A program made the position numbers and the translations under genes. From positions 32,612,001-32,676,000 of the forward strand of contig NC_088804.1 in the NCBI RefSeq assembly GCF_011386835.1: 64,000 bases of DNA, in the 5' to 3' direction. The DNA is from Chrysemys picta bellii. Lineage: Eukaryota. The notes beneath the pieces are model-generated. The model saw only the letters and a program-made list of their open reading frames with translations. It ran no database searches and had not been told where the DNA came from. Of this stretch, positions 1-12,971 are shown in pieces. Each line of letters starts with the position of its first letter. Positions within the stretch are counted from its first letter, which is position 1.

Positions 1-300
1 GGAAGAAAGGAATAGAAAGAAAGTGCCTATAGACATCATGTTTTGAGAAATTTGGAAATGAAAGGAGAAGCGGGATTAGGTGGTAGGTTGAGGGGTTTTC
101 GTTTTTTAAGGTATGGAAGGTCAAAGTATTCCTTTACTGAGCAGGGAAGGAACTTGATGAGACTAAGGTTGAGGAGAAAAGTGGGAGAGGGGGCAAGGAA
201 AACTAGGAGACAGGAAAGGTTGTGGAAGAAGAGGTAGGAGGAAGAGATCAGACTGGAAGTCTGTGTCCGGTGAGAAGGATGAGCGAGTACTAGAAGTAAG
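1..300 (-). mobile_element. L2 LINE ORF2 (reverse transcriptase) fragment, decayed
   Basis: Minus ORF 36..419 ends LAPSPTFLLNLSLIKFLPCSVKEYFDLPYLKK...PFISKFL, and an adjacent frame reads PSTYHLIPLLPFISKFLK. This matches the L2/CR1-clade RT start pattern P.LT..FNLSL...FPSSFK....PILKK...NYRPISLLPF.SK. The sense strand is CT-rich, as is typical of L2. Confidence 0.7.
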
Positions 301-2669
301 GAAAAAGGAAAGGAGTGGGGAGAAGCCATACTTGATCTTACTAAATATTTTCTTTGAAGAAATCTGTAAAATCCTTCACCGAAATCAAGCTCACCATATG
401 CACCCAGCTCTCTCTCCATCTCTCCCCATGGCTTGATTCATAAATCCACATCAGATACATCAGAATTAAATTGACCAGTTCACTGAAGACTATGGACATC
501 CACAGTTCACTCTATGATAATCACATACAAAACTTGGGATAGGGAAATACAATTATTAATGGCTTTCCGCACACAGACATTCAATATTTTGTTGGAGGCT
601 GTCTGGAATATATGCATTTCAAAACCCTTTAATTTAAACATTTTCAGTATTTTACATACCCTTCACCCTGGCTCTTTTTTAATTGTTTCGGTGCTCAATA
701 CTTCTTTCACTCCTACTTCTCTATTTTATTTATCTTGTGAGTGAGCTACTCATTTACAATATATAGAGGGCAGGAGTTATATGTTGAGAGAGATTGGCAT
801 AACAATACTGAAACTGAAGCAGGGGATTGCTATGGGAATAAGTAAGGGGCTTGAATGGTGGTGGGAATTCTTAATCCAACCTTTAGGTTGGAAATTGGTA
901 GTGTTGTGCTGTCTTTATACCATGCATGCATTCTGTTATACAAGAGGAATCCCTAGCTGGCCTTTTCAAGGCTTTCTGTCCTTTTTGTGCCAGTGTAATA
1001 GTGAAAGGGGTGGAGTTCGGACTAGAATCTGTCCTACTGGATTTTCGTGTGGTTAAGCATTGATCTAGTCTGTAGGCTCGCCCATTAGTGGGGCTATCTT
1101 TGTTTTTATGCACTGCTCTTGGTATCAAGGGATTACAGGTAGGAGGATCCTTTATACTTCATTTAGAGGAAGCTGGTGTCTGGTTGGTTAGTTTTGTGAC
1201 CCTTTCCCCATCTTCTCACACAAAATTGCTGTGTCCTGTTCGTGTCAGTTTGGTTTGTCTTTCATGGAACATGAATATATATATTCTACTAAATTATTTT
1301 GTGTAATAACTATATTGTTAATGGAACTGTATGTTATGGTTGAGTTAAGGTTTGTCAGTTTGAAAATAAACATCTTGCCTTCATTTCGACATTTGCCTTT
1401 CAGCATCACTCCGTTAAGCTGTCACACGCTATAACTTCATTAACATCACCATTTAATTGTAAGTTACTGTGCAACTGTTTTTTTTGTAGGAAAGCCTTGC
1501 ATACACATACTGACTGAATAATTTTAATCTAAATTTCCTACCAACATGATTCAAATCAGTTGAAACATTAAATGGTCTCCAAATCTGTTTTTATAATGGA
1601 AATACTAAGCAGTGGGATGCAACTCATCCTTAAATACAGCAGCATTACTGGTACCGCTATAATAAAGATGCAAAAAGATCTTTTTTAAAGTTAGAATAAA
1701 GTGGGAGAGTAAATCTTAGCCACATCACTACCGTGCTCTGTATGTCTAGCATTGAGATGTACTACATCTGTAATTGGGAAATGTTTCAATTATTAAAAGA
1801 GGGACAATGTAACCTCTATAAAACCGAAGATGGAATTAAAATCTACATGCTAATAGCTTTGCTGCCAGTCACAAATGGATTCGTTCTTCACATCTTGGAT
1901 ACATACAGCTTATTTCAAAATAAATTCTAGGTAACATTCAACCTGATTGAATCTGCTGAAGCTCTGTTAATATATTTGCTCAACTCACTTGCACTCAAAA
2001 GCTTTTAGACAGAATATCACTTTTTCATATTATTCATGGTAATGTAATTCCCGCCTTTAATCTCTTCAGGATTTCACATTAAGTCATGATATGCAGTTCA
2101 GGGGAATTTGGATCATCCATTAATCATGGTATCTGTACTTTTGTGTGTCTACTTTTTGTCCATCTCTTAAATCAGTCACTTGGTAATGGCAGAACTATGA
2201 GGATAGTTCAAACTTTTTATTGAGGAGACCTTATTTATTAAACTTGTCTTCTGTTACAATGTGCACAGACTAATGCAATATGTTGTACATTGAAAATAAA
2301 GATGAAACAGAATTAGCATAATCACTAAATATGATGCCTTTAACATTTCCTATGGAAAGCCAAGTATGTTAAGTAATGACTTATGTGCAGTTGAATAATT
2401 AGCTAGAGGCACCTCGACTAATATGAAGGACCACAAGTCAAAAATTCTAGTTTGTGTCTTCATGTAATTAAAGACTGTATCATACATATGCACAAGGGAA
2501 CCAAATTAAAGTTTTAATGACAACCTTAATTGTGGCATTTCCTAATTTTTGAGTGTTTGACTTTGCAACCTTAACTTTCCTTTTACTTAGGGCATGAGTG
2601 TGTGTGTTTTAAAAATCTAGCGGGGCTGATGGGGGATAGAAGTTCCACTTATTGACACCCACACGGGTT

Positions 2670-2731
2670 ACTAGCGGGGTTGGAACTTTAGATCCACAGC
2701 TCAGACATCTGCCATTTGAGATGAAGGAGTA
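2670..2731 (-). mobile_element. tRNA-derived SINE head fragment
   Basis: Reverse complement shows an A-box-like CTCAAATGGCAGA and a B-box-like GTTCCAACCCC at tRNA-like spacing. Confidence 0.4.
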
Positions 2732-3414
2732 ATTGATGGCAGTAGTAGTTTGTCTTTCTCTATGTGGACCAGCAACTAAAGGGGATGAGATACACACTTT
2801 GCAAGTGGGTTTTATAGTCATCTGCTGACAGTAGAATATTGAGACTCCGCAATCTTGGGTTCCATTCCAGGTTCTCCAGGAAGTGTGTTCTGGTGATCAT
2901 ACATCCTTATTTTCCTCCTCTGCAAGCCTGCCTCCTTTTGCCACTGTCACAGACCTGGCTTCTCTCCATCTTCTTGTCCCAGTACTAGTCTCCACCCCAC
3001 CCCATGGGCTGTTCATTCCAGTCTCAGTATATTTGCTCAGCTGGTGCCAATCTCCTCCCAGACTCCCAGTCCTGATCTTTTCCAACAGGTTTTTTCTCCC
3101 AATCTACTCCCTTCCCCCTCTCTCCCTTTTTGCTTGGGTCTGGCTCTTGTCCTTTCTGCACTCAAGTCAGTTTGCCTTCTCCACCAAACTCCCTGGGAAT
3201 CAGCCGAGGAGTATTGGGACAGGAGAGACTTTCTCCCTGCTCTCAGTTTCTGTCCCCTGTGTCACAGCGACTCACAGGAGTTGGGAGGAGCAATTGCAGG
3301 GAAACTCTTGTTTGACCCTTGCCATCTTGGGCTGAAGCAGACTAAATCTTCAGAGCCTTTTGCTGCCAGGCTCTAACAAGTCTCTCGTGAATGTATGTAA
3401 AGTGACACTTTACA

Positions 3415-3712
3415 AAGGCTTATAACTTGGACAAAATTGTGCAGATTTTAATGTGTCCCTTACATAAAGGCAACCCCTCTGCGAAACTTCAAGGCCCTGT
3501 TTCCAAACATAGGCTTGCAACAGCTTCTCCACAAAACACTTGTAGAAAATTTATTTAACACTGCAAACAATGTATTTTCCCCTAATCTCCTTCGCAGAAA
3601 TGGCTGAACCATTTTCCTGATTTTTTTTTTTTTTTTTAAGTTCAGTCTGTGGCAGACTCCCAAAATGGAAAATTTGCACACAAATGGTTAAAGTTTGGCA
3701 AAGTTCTGAGAA
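3415..3712. repeat. old turtle-type interspersed repeat, family not named
   Basis: Motifs 'gcttataacttggacaaaa...gaaatggctgaaccatttt...aaatggttaaagtttggcaaagttctgag' resemble a recurrent turtle repeat with inverted ends. Recognised from memory only. Confidence 0.4.
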
Positions 3713-4877
3713 ACTGAATCCAGTGTCTTATAAAAGGAAGTGTGGGGCAACCTGAACTACAGGGAGTGCTATTAGCTCCGCCTATAACAACAACTTAAAT
3801 TTAAAAGGTGGGTAGAAATGATACTATCACTTTTTTTAATTGGGTTCTGGCATCCTTGAAGCATTACTGAGCTTGAAATTTTGCACACCTACACTGTTTT
3901 GTTTTTCTAAGAGAATTATCAATGCTAAATGTAAAAATAAATAAACCATTTGTACCTTTGTTTTAAGGTTATGAATATATAGTACTGACAAATGATATTT
4001 TAGCAGCCAAAGTTTCTAATTGAGTCAGACTTCTAATATTTATGTTCAGTGTATGCTGTAAGCTGTTCGAAGTATAACCATCTATCATGCTGCTTGTGAT
4101 ATTTATGCATTGAAATAGGAGGCCTAATGGTGAATTACTGTATTCTTCACGATATTAAATGAAAAATGTGCATCATACAGTTATTTTAGTATGAGTGGAT
4201 GAAGATCTGGAGACACAAGAGGAATGACAATTAAAGACACTAACCCCCTACTTATATTGAAAGCAAAGCTATATGTAAATTTAGCTTTTGATTAAAGCTG
4301 GATTAGTTTAACCCTAGTTGTACAAATGGTTACAGATTTTTACCATTTAGACAAACAGCTTCTCACTGTAAACTGTAATATGATTTATATGAATCCATCT
4401 GCCTCCATAAAGGTTTACCCTGAGCATCTGCATCTTCTATTGCCTCTGAATCATAATGAATAAGAACTTTGAGAGTTCTTTAAATCCACTAGCATGATTC
4501 TATTTATATTTTGATACAGTTTATTATTACATAAATCCACTTCCAATATTTACTGTTACCCATGCAAGGAAATTAGCTTCTCTGCTTATTTTCTTGTACA
4601 GCTAATAGTAATCAAAAAAGCAACTGGTAGGTCCTGGTAATCCAAGCACATAGTGTACATGAGACAGCAGCATAATTCACCTGCTGAGAGTGGGTGATTA
4701 ACATCATTTATAAACATTGCATGTGCGCACAAACCTATCTATGTGCCATGTATCTATGCTTTAACGTACTAAGTCAAATTCTGCTTTGACCTTTACCCTG
4801 TGCAAGCCCAATGACATAGAGTATGCACCAGGGCAGATTTGGAATCCTGGGACCTGATTCTGAAAAAAAGTAAAAAA

Positions 4878-5900
4878 CATAGAAACATAAGAATGGCCAT
4901 ATTGGACCAGATCAGTGGGCCACCTGCGGCCTGCAGGCCACATGCAGCCCATCGGGGTAATCTGACTGCGGGCTGCGAGACGTTTTGCTGACATTGACCG
5001 TCCTCAGGCATGGCCCCCCGCAGCTCCCTGAGGCCGCGGTTGCCCACCACTGATGGACCGCAGGTTGCCCACCACTGATCTAGCCCAATATCCTGTCTCC
5101 GACAGTGGCCAGTGCCAGATGCTTCAGAGGGAAGTAACAAAACAAGGGCATTTTTGAATGATCCGTCCCCTGCTGTCCAGTCCCAGCTTCTGGATGTTGG
5201 ACATTTAACGACATCTGGAGCATGGGGTTGCATCCCTGACCATCTTGGCTAATAACCATTAATGAGCCTATCCTCCATGACCTTATCTAATCGTTTTTTA
5301 AACTCAGTTATACTTTTGGCATTCACAACATCCCATGGCAAAAGGTTCCACAGATTAACTGGGCTTTGTGTGAGGAAATACTTCATTATGTTTTTTTAAA
5401 ACCTGCAGCCTATTAATTTAATTGGGTGACCTCTGGTTCCTGTATTATGTGAAAGGAAATAACACTTCCCTATTTACTTTCTCCATGCCATTTATTATTT
5501 TATAGACCTCTATCATATCCCCCCTTAACTGTCTCTTTTCTAAGATGAACAGCCCCAGTCATAATCTTTTAAATCTCTCCTCATATGGAAGCTGTTCCGT
5601 ACCCCTAATTGTTTTTGTTGCCTTCTCTTTGCCTTTTCCAATTCTAATATATCTTCTCTGAGATGGGACAGTATGCAGTACTCAAGGTGTGAGCACACCA
5701 TAGATTTGAAATGACATTATGATATGTACTGTTTTATTATCTATCCCTTTCCTAATGGTTTCTAACATGCTGTTTGCTTTTTTGACTGCTGCTGCACATT
5801 GAGTGGGTGTTTTCAGAGAAATGTCCACAATGACTCCAAGATCTTTCTTGAGTGGCATCAGCTAATTTAGACCCCATCATTTTGTAGGTATAGTTGGGAT
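4878..5900 (-). mobile_element. CR1 LINE 3' end (ORF2 C-terminus plus 3' UTR), 5'-truncated
   Basis: Begins with the reverse-complemented tail 'catagaaacataagaatggccat'. Minus translation near 5500-5600 gives EQLPYEERFKRL*LGLFILEKRQLRGDMIEVYK, the CR1 ORF2 C-terminal motif. Contains stops and frameshifts. Confidence 0.93.
4913..5077. mobile_element. hAT-type MITE nested in the CR1 tail, with duplicated right terminus
   Basis: GC-rich insert interrupts the CR1 UTR. Left end 'cagtgggccacctgcggcc' pairs with right end 'ggaccgcaggttgcccaccactg'. The string 'ggttgcccaccactgat' occurs twice (5038-5054 and 5063-5079). Confidence 0.7.
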
Positions 5901-6477
5901 ACCCATAAGTAATTGTGCAGAAAAGGGGGAGGGGACAGACTAGAAAGTCCAAAGGAAACTGTGGCAAGTGGAGAATTATCTTTGGAATTAAAATCATATC
6001 GTAAATTGGCAAAATTTCCAATATATCCATCTTGTAGTGATGACTTCAGAAGTATCCATTGTGAAAACACAGCTGCTGAAAGATTTAAAATAACTCATCT
6101 GTTCCTCATAACCAAGGATCAGTTCAGAAGATCTGGGTTAAAATCTTGTCTTTCCCATAGATTTCCTCTGTGTTCTTGGGCAAGTCAGTTTCCCTTTATG
6201 TAATAACACTTCCCAATGTCAAATGGATATTGACTCAACTCATCAACATTTTAAGTGATGATTTGATCCTACGGTTGTGAGCAACGTTAGAAAAGTTTAT
6301 AAATACAACTTACAAATACATACATGCAAATATATAAAGACAGCTTACAACTGCCTGCATCCACTAGAGTCTGTCAGATAAAGAAACCAAAATTAAATTA
6401 TTTTCATGCCTCCCATAGAAGACCTGGAGTGATTCCTTCCTTTCCAAACTACATGCACCTCTCCTACAGAGTCATCT

Positions 6478-6747
6478 GGGTACCTCTCTGCTGCGATAAA
6501 AGACATTCAATTCAACTGGCATGGTCAGCTGACTTGGGCTTGCAGGGCTATAAAATTGCAGTGTAGACATTCAGCTTTGGGCTGGAGTGCGGCGTCTGAA
6601 ACTCTGCGAACTGGGAGGGTCTCCGAGCCTAGGTTCTAGCCCAAGCCCAAATGTCTTTACTGCAGTTTTTAGGCCCACAAATCCAAGTCAGCTGATCCAG
6701 GCCAGCCATACCCATGCCACGGGTCTTTTGTCTCAGTGTAGACATAC
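6478..6747. mobile_element. PIF/Harbinger-type palindromic MITE
   Basis: Ends in 'agtgtagacatac', with internal inverted copies ('gcagtgtagacat'/'atgtctttactgc' and 'cagctgacttgg'/'ccaagtcagctg'). The left TIR is degraded and no clean TSD is visible. Confidence 0.7.
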
Positions 6748-7623
6748 ACTCTCTTATTCAGGCTTTGTTCAAGGAGGAAAGGTTTGGGTCAAAATGACAA
6801 GTTCATTTGTTTTTTTGTTTCTCTTTGTAGATTTACGTACTGCATGCTGTCTGTATTTCACACTGAGTTAAAGTATAGAAATGAAGGTGCCTCTGCTACA
6901 CTCTTGTGATATAAAAAAGTGTATTAGGTTGAACTCTCTGTTTTCTATGATATATATTACTATACAGGTTTGATTTGGTTCATATATATTGACATGCTCA
7001 ATGTGAGATGTTTAGTTTTACAGTGCGATTTTCAGTTAATGTGCTTTGCAATTCTTTTAATAGTAGCATCACTAAGTATACTAAAGGTGATATTTTACAG
7101 TACACTATTCAATTATAGGACCAAAATATTTTACTGAATAGAAAATAGTAGCATCAAATCCAAGTAAAATTTGCTCTTTGGCTTGTCAGACAAATGTCAT
7201 AACTTTACAAATTTGCATTTATAACTCTCTTAGCCTCAGAATGTTAACCACAGTCATTAAATATGAGAGAAGTTTGAAAGTGTCTTAATGCGTTTTATAA
7301 TATACCCTACAGCATTATAATCAAGCCAATCAAAAAGTGTATTAGTGTGATGTTTTTTATTACAGTGAAGAGGCAAGAAATGGAAATGTGACATCTTATT
7401 ATTATGAACTACACTCTACATGAAGGAAATAACTGAAACCTTGTAAGTGGTCCCCATTATTTTTTTCCTCTAAATCAAACACATGAATATATGATGACAC
7501 TTCACTGTACTTTCTAGTAACACATGAGAAAAATATTGGTTGTGGGAAACAATTTTGAGTAACGTCAGTAATTCTTTTCTATTGCATTATATCTGTAGCA
7601 TCCTATTTTATCTAACTTTTCAG

Positions 7624-7739
7624 ATTTACAACAGGATATTTGTAATTTGCCAACAGTCTTGCTTATGAAATACAAGGAACAGATTCACCATGACAGTGGT
7701 GAAGAAGAAGAAGAAGAAGAAATTTATACAGTAACATAA
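7624..7739 (+). CDS. candidate terminal coding exon of an unidentified gene
   Basis: Acceptor 'tctaacttttcag' at 7622-7623. Only one frame is open: (D)LQQDICNLPTVLLMKYKEQIHHDSGEEEEEEEIYTVT*. AATAAA lies at 7961. No upstream partner exon was found. Confidence 0.3.
7701..7721 (+). repeat. (GAA)7 trinucleotide repeat
   Basis: Directly visible. Confidence 0.95.
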
Positions 7740-8429
7740 CTCCATGAGCCAGAGGTCTAGCCAAACTGTGGCTATTAATCATCACCGTCCATTATTTACT
7801 GAGGATTCATTCATTGTTCCACAAAGGTATCTAGAGGGTCAATTAGAGACAACAGACAGGATTTTTCAAAGACACAAGAGGGTCAATTAAGCCCTCCTTG
7901 TAATTTTCTGCTTTAACAGCAAATGCCGGCCTATCATGCAACAGATACAAGGGAGTTAGAAATAAACAAGGTGCTTCTTTGTATTTACTTATTTATTTTA
8001 AATGAAGTCAGTTGGCTGCTGGTAGCAGAAGGTTCACTGTCAGGCCGTGGTCAAAGTAACTGGAGGATTTTAGCATTGCAAATGGTAAAGAGCAAAGTTC
8101 TTTTTAGGGTCAGGACACCCTAAGCAATCAGGGAATTTCTAAGATGAAATGGTCTGTTCCCATCACAGAGGTGAATAATTTATCTCAGGGAGGGTCTTGA
8201 CTACAGCTCTGCTGCTAAGCACTGCTGTAATACCGCTATGAGACGTGAAGTAAATTGTTATCTGTAATCATTTGAGGTAGATAGTTGAAATGCTATATGA
8301 ATGGTACGTTCAAATCTCAAATAATATTCTAGCAGAGATTGTAAATATATATGAGCATCTTACTGTTAAAAAAAATTGCAGATGTTTTTAGTAAAGCTTA
8401 GAATAATCGTGCAACATTGTATCTTACAT

Positions 8430-8585
8430 ACATACTACCTTTCATCCAAGGATCAGACAGATACTGATTATTTAAGCTTCACATCACCTCTGAGCACAAA
8501 GAGGTGAAATGGCTTGATCAAAGTTGCACAGTAGTTAGTGGCAGAATAGTTTTAGGACAGTCCAGAACTTGGGAATCTTTCCCCT
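8430..8585 (-). mobile_element. MIR/CORE-SINE-like fragment
   Basis: 'gaggtgaaatggcttgatcaaagttgcacagtagttagtggcagaat' resembles the reverse-complemented MIR core (aagtgacttgcccaaggtcacacag...gtggcagag). Confidence 0.45.
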
Positions 8586-10196
8586 GCTTTAGCTTCTAAA
8601 CATTCTCACTTGTTTTCTCTTTGTCTGGAAATATTCCTTCCAAAAGGTCAAGATTTACTCTGTAATATGAATATTGGCTATCACCCATATGAGAATAACT
8701 GCACTCAAGTTGTTTCTTTTGCTGATTTTTGTTTTTAAATTGAGTTTAGTATTAATGCCTGGTGTGCTGTTCCGTACAATGCTAAAAGATTTGGAGGGGG
8801 TTTCCCCTGTAAACTTTCATTCAATTATACTCTTACTCTATTTAGCTCTTTATAAAATCTAACTTAACTGAAAACAGTCTTCCTAATATGGCATGTCAGT
8901 CTTGTAAAGATTTTAATATTTTAAAATGGAGTTTTAGAATTTCTGAGGATTTGATAGTCTCTTGTGAGAGTAAATCTCTGATTGTGCTGTATCAGTGTGA
9001 TCCTTTCAGCCTTGGATGCCCCCTATTCTCTGAAGTCTTTCAGCAGAGAGTTCTAACTAATGACTTAGGGCCAAATTTTGCCCTTAGATAGAGGCATGCA
9101 ACTCTCATTTATTCCAGTGGGAGTTGTATGCGCATATCAGAGAGCGGAATTTGGCTTTTAGTGTGTGGAATTATAACACACATGGTTAAGAGATCCTTCT
9201 GCACATTCATCATACTGACCCCAAGTCTACAGGACCAATAATACTAATCTCACCCTTTTTTTTCTTCATGTTTTCTCCTCAGTTTGTGCTATAGCTTGCA
9301 CATCACCCCAGTTCCCCAGCTCTCACTTGAATCTACCTCAAACAGCTAAGTCCTCAGTATATTGCTATTGTGGTTCTTCAGAGAAAGTAGCTGAAATATT
9401 GAAACAATTAGGTTTTTAAAAAATAATAATAATGGTGGTAACAGACCCTAGGAAAGAATGTTTTTTCTGTTTTTGGGAGATTATGGTACGAGAATAATTT
9501 TGTTCGTATTCCATAGGCCTTTTGTTTGTGGAGGCAGAAGATAACAATTAGGGAACCGTGTGTATTTAATATACATTTGAGTGTGTGTGCATGTGTAATA
9601 TACAATTATGTGCATGTACATAAATACAGCAGTTGGTGCGCTTTCAAATATGCTTTTGCATTTTCACTATGTGTCACACTTTTTTGCTTATATACAAATG
9701 GGACAAATTTCACCTCACTCCATCAGTGAGTCTCCCCCCAACTCTAAGCAGCTACTGGGTGGTTTTACTTTCAGCACTCTTTTTGAGGTTCTAGCTTTTG
9801 GAAACAAGCAGATTTTGTTTATAGGCAGAGGCCATGGATTCCCTTTGACAAAACTCTTCCGCATTCAATACTGCCACAATTTTCTGTCTTTCTGTCTTTC
9901 TTTAATACACTGGCCTCTTGTGGCTGCTGGTGCTAGGGAAGTGGCTTTGGTTGTTTTGTGTAGCTGTAACCTCTCCCTGGAGGAATTTCTCCCTTGGAGG
10001 TTGCACCACCCTGATTTATTCTGATGAGTGTTGATGTAAACCCTAAGTGGATTTGGCCCAGGGATTTTAATTTGATGTGACTGAAAATGTGATTTACCAG
10101 ACCAATTAAAATCTCATGCCAAGATCTACAGTCATTGTCATAAGCTGAATGCTTAGGGTCAGCTGGGTTTCTCTTACAAGGTGGGAAATGGGCTTA

Positions 10197-10228
10197 TCTA
10201 AGGTGCCACCAGACTCCTTGTTGTTTTT
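10197..10228. mobile_element. Penelope pseudo-LTR micro-fragment
   Basis: 'taaggtgccaccagactccttgttgttttt' is identical to the right-arm end of the element at 33422-33451. Confidence 0.7.
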
Positions 10229-11799
10229 ATCAGGACACTGTGTACATGTCTTGGAGATCACAGCCAGATGCAGGATATTTGGGGGTTGTGACTGACCATC
10301 CTTGTTCGTCAAACTTCTGTTCCCCCACATTTCCGGCTCAACACTGTTAGCTGTACAGGTTTCAGGCCTCTGCATTAGACCAACCTTTGGGCTCTTTCTC
10401 TCTCTGGAACCTCCTAAAAGATTCCCTATTCCGGCAAACACTTTTTGGTTTCATTTTTCCAGCTGCTGCTTGGACTCCACCTCCAATCTTCTCTCATACT
10501 CTATCATTTGGACCTCTATACTCTTTTGCCTATTGCATTTTAAAATAAACATAAAATCCCATTTTCACCTTATGAATCGCATGCTTTTTAACTAATCTGG
10601 TTGTAAAGTTTTCTTATGAGTCCTTAATAAGCTGGCCAGTAGCAGTATTATTTCTGAAAGGACTTGTGTAATCAGTGTGATTACCTTGGGAAATAAATTG
10701 TAATTTATAATTCAGAACATATAATTTGTAAATAATTCTGGCAGTGCATTATGTCTGTTTTCTACAGTGTAGGGGAATAACTGGCCTTATTAAGCTTTGT
10801 TTTTTGGAATTAGTATCCTTAACCTGAAACCAGAGATAAGCAAATAATCCATAATGAATTATTTATTTTACATAATATACCTATTTTCCTGCTTCTGGAA
10901 TATCTATAAGCAGATCGTAATCTCCTCAAATTTATTCATTATTCACATTTATTGGATGCATGTCTTTTGGAATTTTGTACTTTATAGATTGACCTCTAGT
11001 GTACAGAGTTCTCGAACTCTGTAGCTTATTTGCAATTGTTCAGGAAAGTCATGTGATATTGCTTCTATTCTTCGATTACATGGGTGTGCCAGTACCTTCA
11101 ATGTCAAAACTTACATGTACATATAGAAAAGTTCTGTCATGGATGCATCTTCAGTGTTCATTTTCTATCAATTTTATTTACAGTAAAACTTGATTACTTA
11201 TAGTTTGCAGAATGTTGAACACAAAACTGACATGGCTGCAAAACAAATTATTTTAAAAGACTGAGTTAATATTTGCAGAAATTTCTTTCTGCATTATTAA
11301 CCAAGCAAGAAATCTGGTGGAGGTACAGACATATGGCTGCAATGACACTTTTCTAAATTAAAAAATAGCCACAAACTTCTCAAACTGGCAGCAAGTTGGC
11401 AAGATGCATTACAAAGTTGCGGTGGATATTAATGCACAACATGCCATCAAGCATGCAGAAGAAAAAATAGGTGGCAACTAACAGCACATGTGCTGACACA
11501 AGAGGCATGGTTAGCTCCATAATAGCAAGAATACATCATACAAGCTGCATAGCAATGGAAGAAAAACCAGAAATATCTGTTACCCACTGCTTGGACAATA
11601 ATGGGAATGGCTAGGGATATCACATTCGTAAGCCATTTGTAAGCTCTTGTTATTACGAGGTTTTTCTATGTACCTGGGTTTCCACATTTGAATCAGAATT
11701 GTTTTAAGTCTTATGATATATATGACACGTCAAGATGAAGACTTGCCAAAGTCTATACAAGTGTATGGCAGGCTCCTGATTTCTGAGGAAACCAGACTC

Positions 11800-11947
11800 A
11801 TCCCATATGCCTCTGATATAAGTTGTTTCAATCTCCATGCTTACTTGGGCCCGATATAAAATGGGGATAATAATGCTTACCCACATTTTTATAATGCTTT
11901 CAGATCTACAGAGAAGAAAGCATTGGGCCAAGTGCAAATTATTATTA
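11800..11947 (+). mobile_element. MIR/L2-tailed SINE 3' part
   Basis: 'taaaatggggataataatgcttacc...aagtgcaaattattatta' is typical of CORE-SINE 3' ends. Confidence 0.5.
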
Positions 11948-12536
11948 GCTACATTTTTCAAATAGGAGTAATCGAGGCACAGGTAAGGTGAAGTACTAAT
12001 TCCTGGTTTAATTTAAATACCATTCATTGCATCATTGGTTGGTTCCAGTTTCAGAACAATAGACTGAGTTAAAAGGAAATGTGATATAAAAACATGGTCA
12101 AAACAAGACAAAACTGGACCAATCACTAATTTAAAAAAAAATGGAATTATTTAGGAGCCCCTAAACATTTTCATAGCATGCACTGCATCTAAATGGAAAC
12201 ATTAGGCCACCTTCCCTCTAGTTTACAATCACATGGCCCATCCTTCCCCTTTGCCATCAAATTACATTCCAGCTGCAGCTACAGAACTTAATTACATGGA
12301 AAATTAACATGGAAAGTGTTTGAAACCCTTTTAGCTGTTTTAAATGTAATATAGCAGATAAAAACAAAGAAAAGGAGCCAGCAACATTTGACCAGTCAGC
12401 TCTCTAAAGACCACAATTTGGGAACCACTGCTTTAAATAGTTGGGCCAGTTAAAGGGTAAACTTCCCTGCTACAATTCTGTCTACTTCTCACTAAGATCA
12501 CCTACAAGACTACTATATAGATCCAGATTCTGCCAC

Positions 12537-12971
12537 CAGGGCCGGTGCAAGGAAGTTTCGCGCCCTAGGTGAAACTTCCATCTTGCGCGCCGCCCAGCCC
12601 TGCGGGCAGCTCCCCGCCCGCCCTGAACCCCCCCCCCATGGCAGCCCCCCTCCCGCCCTGAGGCGCCCCCCCCATTGGCAGCTCCCCACCCCAGCTCACC
12701 TCTGTTATGCCCCCTCCCCAAGCACGCCATTGCTGCTCCACTTCTCCCATCTCCCAGGCTTGCGGTGCCAATCAGCTGTTTGGCGCCGCAAGCTTGGGAG
12801 GGGTGGAGAATTAGAACGGGGGCGGCATGCTCGGGAAGGAGGTGGAGCAGAGGTGCGCTGGGGTGGGGAGCTGCCGTGGGGGGGAAATTGGGAGCACCGC
12901 TTTTTGGTGCCCCCCAAAGCTTGGCGCCCTAGGCAACCACCTAGTTTGCCTTAATGGTAGCACCAGCCCTG
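12537..12971. mobile_element. hAT non-autonomous element (MITE), full length
   Basis: TIRs 'cagggccggtgc' and 'gcaccagccctg', with a perfect 8-bp TSD 'tctgccac' at 12529-12536 and 12972-12979. The GC-rich interior explains the cluster of ORFs here. Confidence 0.93.

Noticed and set aside
781-1056. KQGIAMG motif resembling Penelope RT 'QGTAMG'
   Set aside because: No downstream YIDD motif or other RT residues at the expected spacing.
1733-1930. 65-aa ORF ending next to a GTAACA donor-like site
   Set aside because: No frame runs open through to the donor, and there is no good acceptor.
12482-12954. Five overlapping GC-rich ORFs
   Set aside because: All lie within the hAT MITE. High GC suppresses stop codons.
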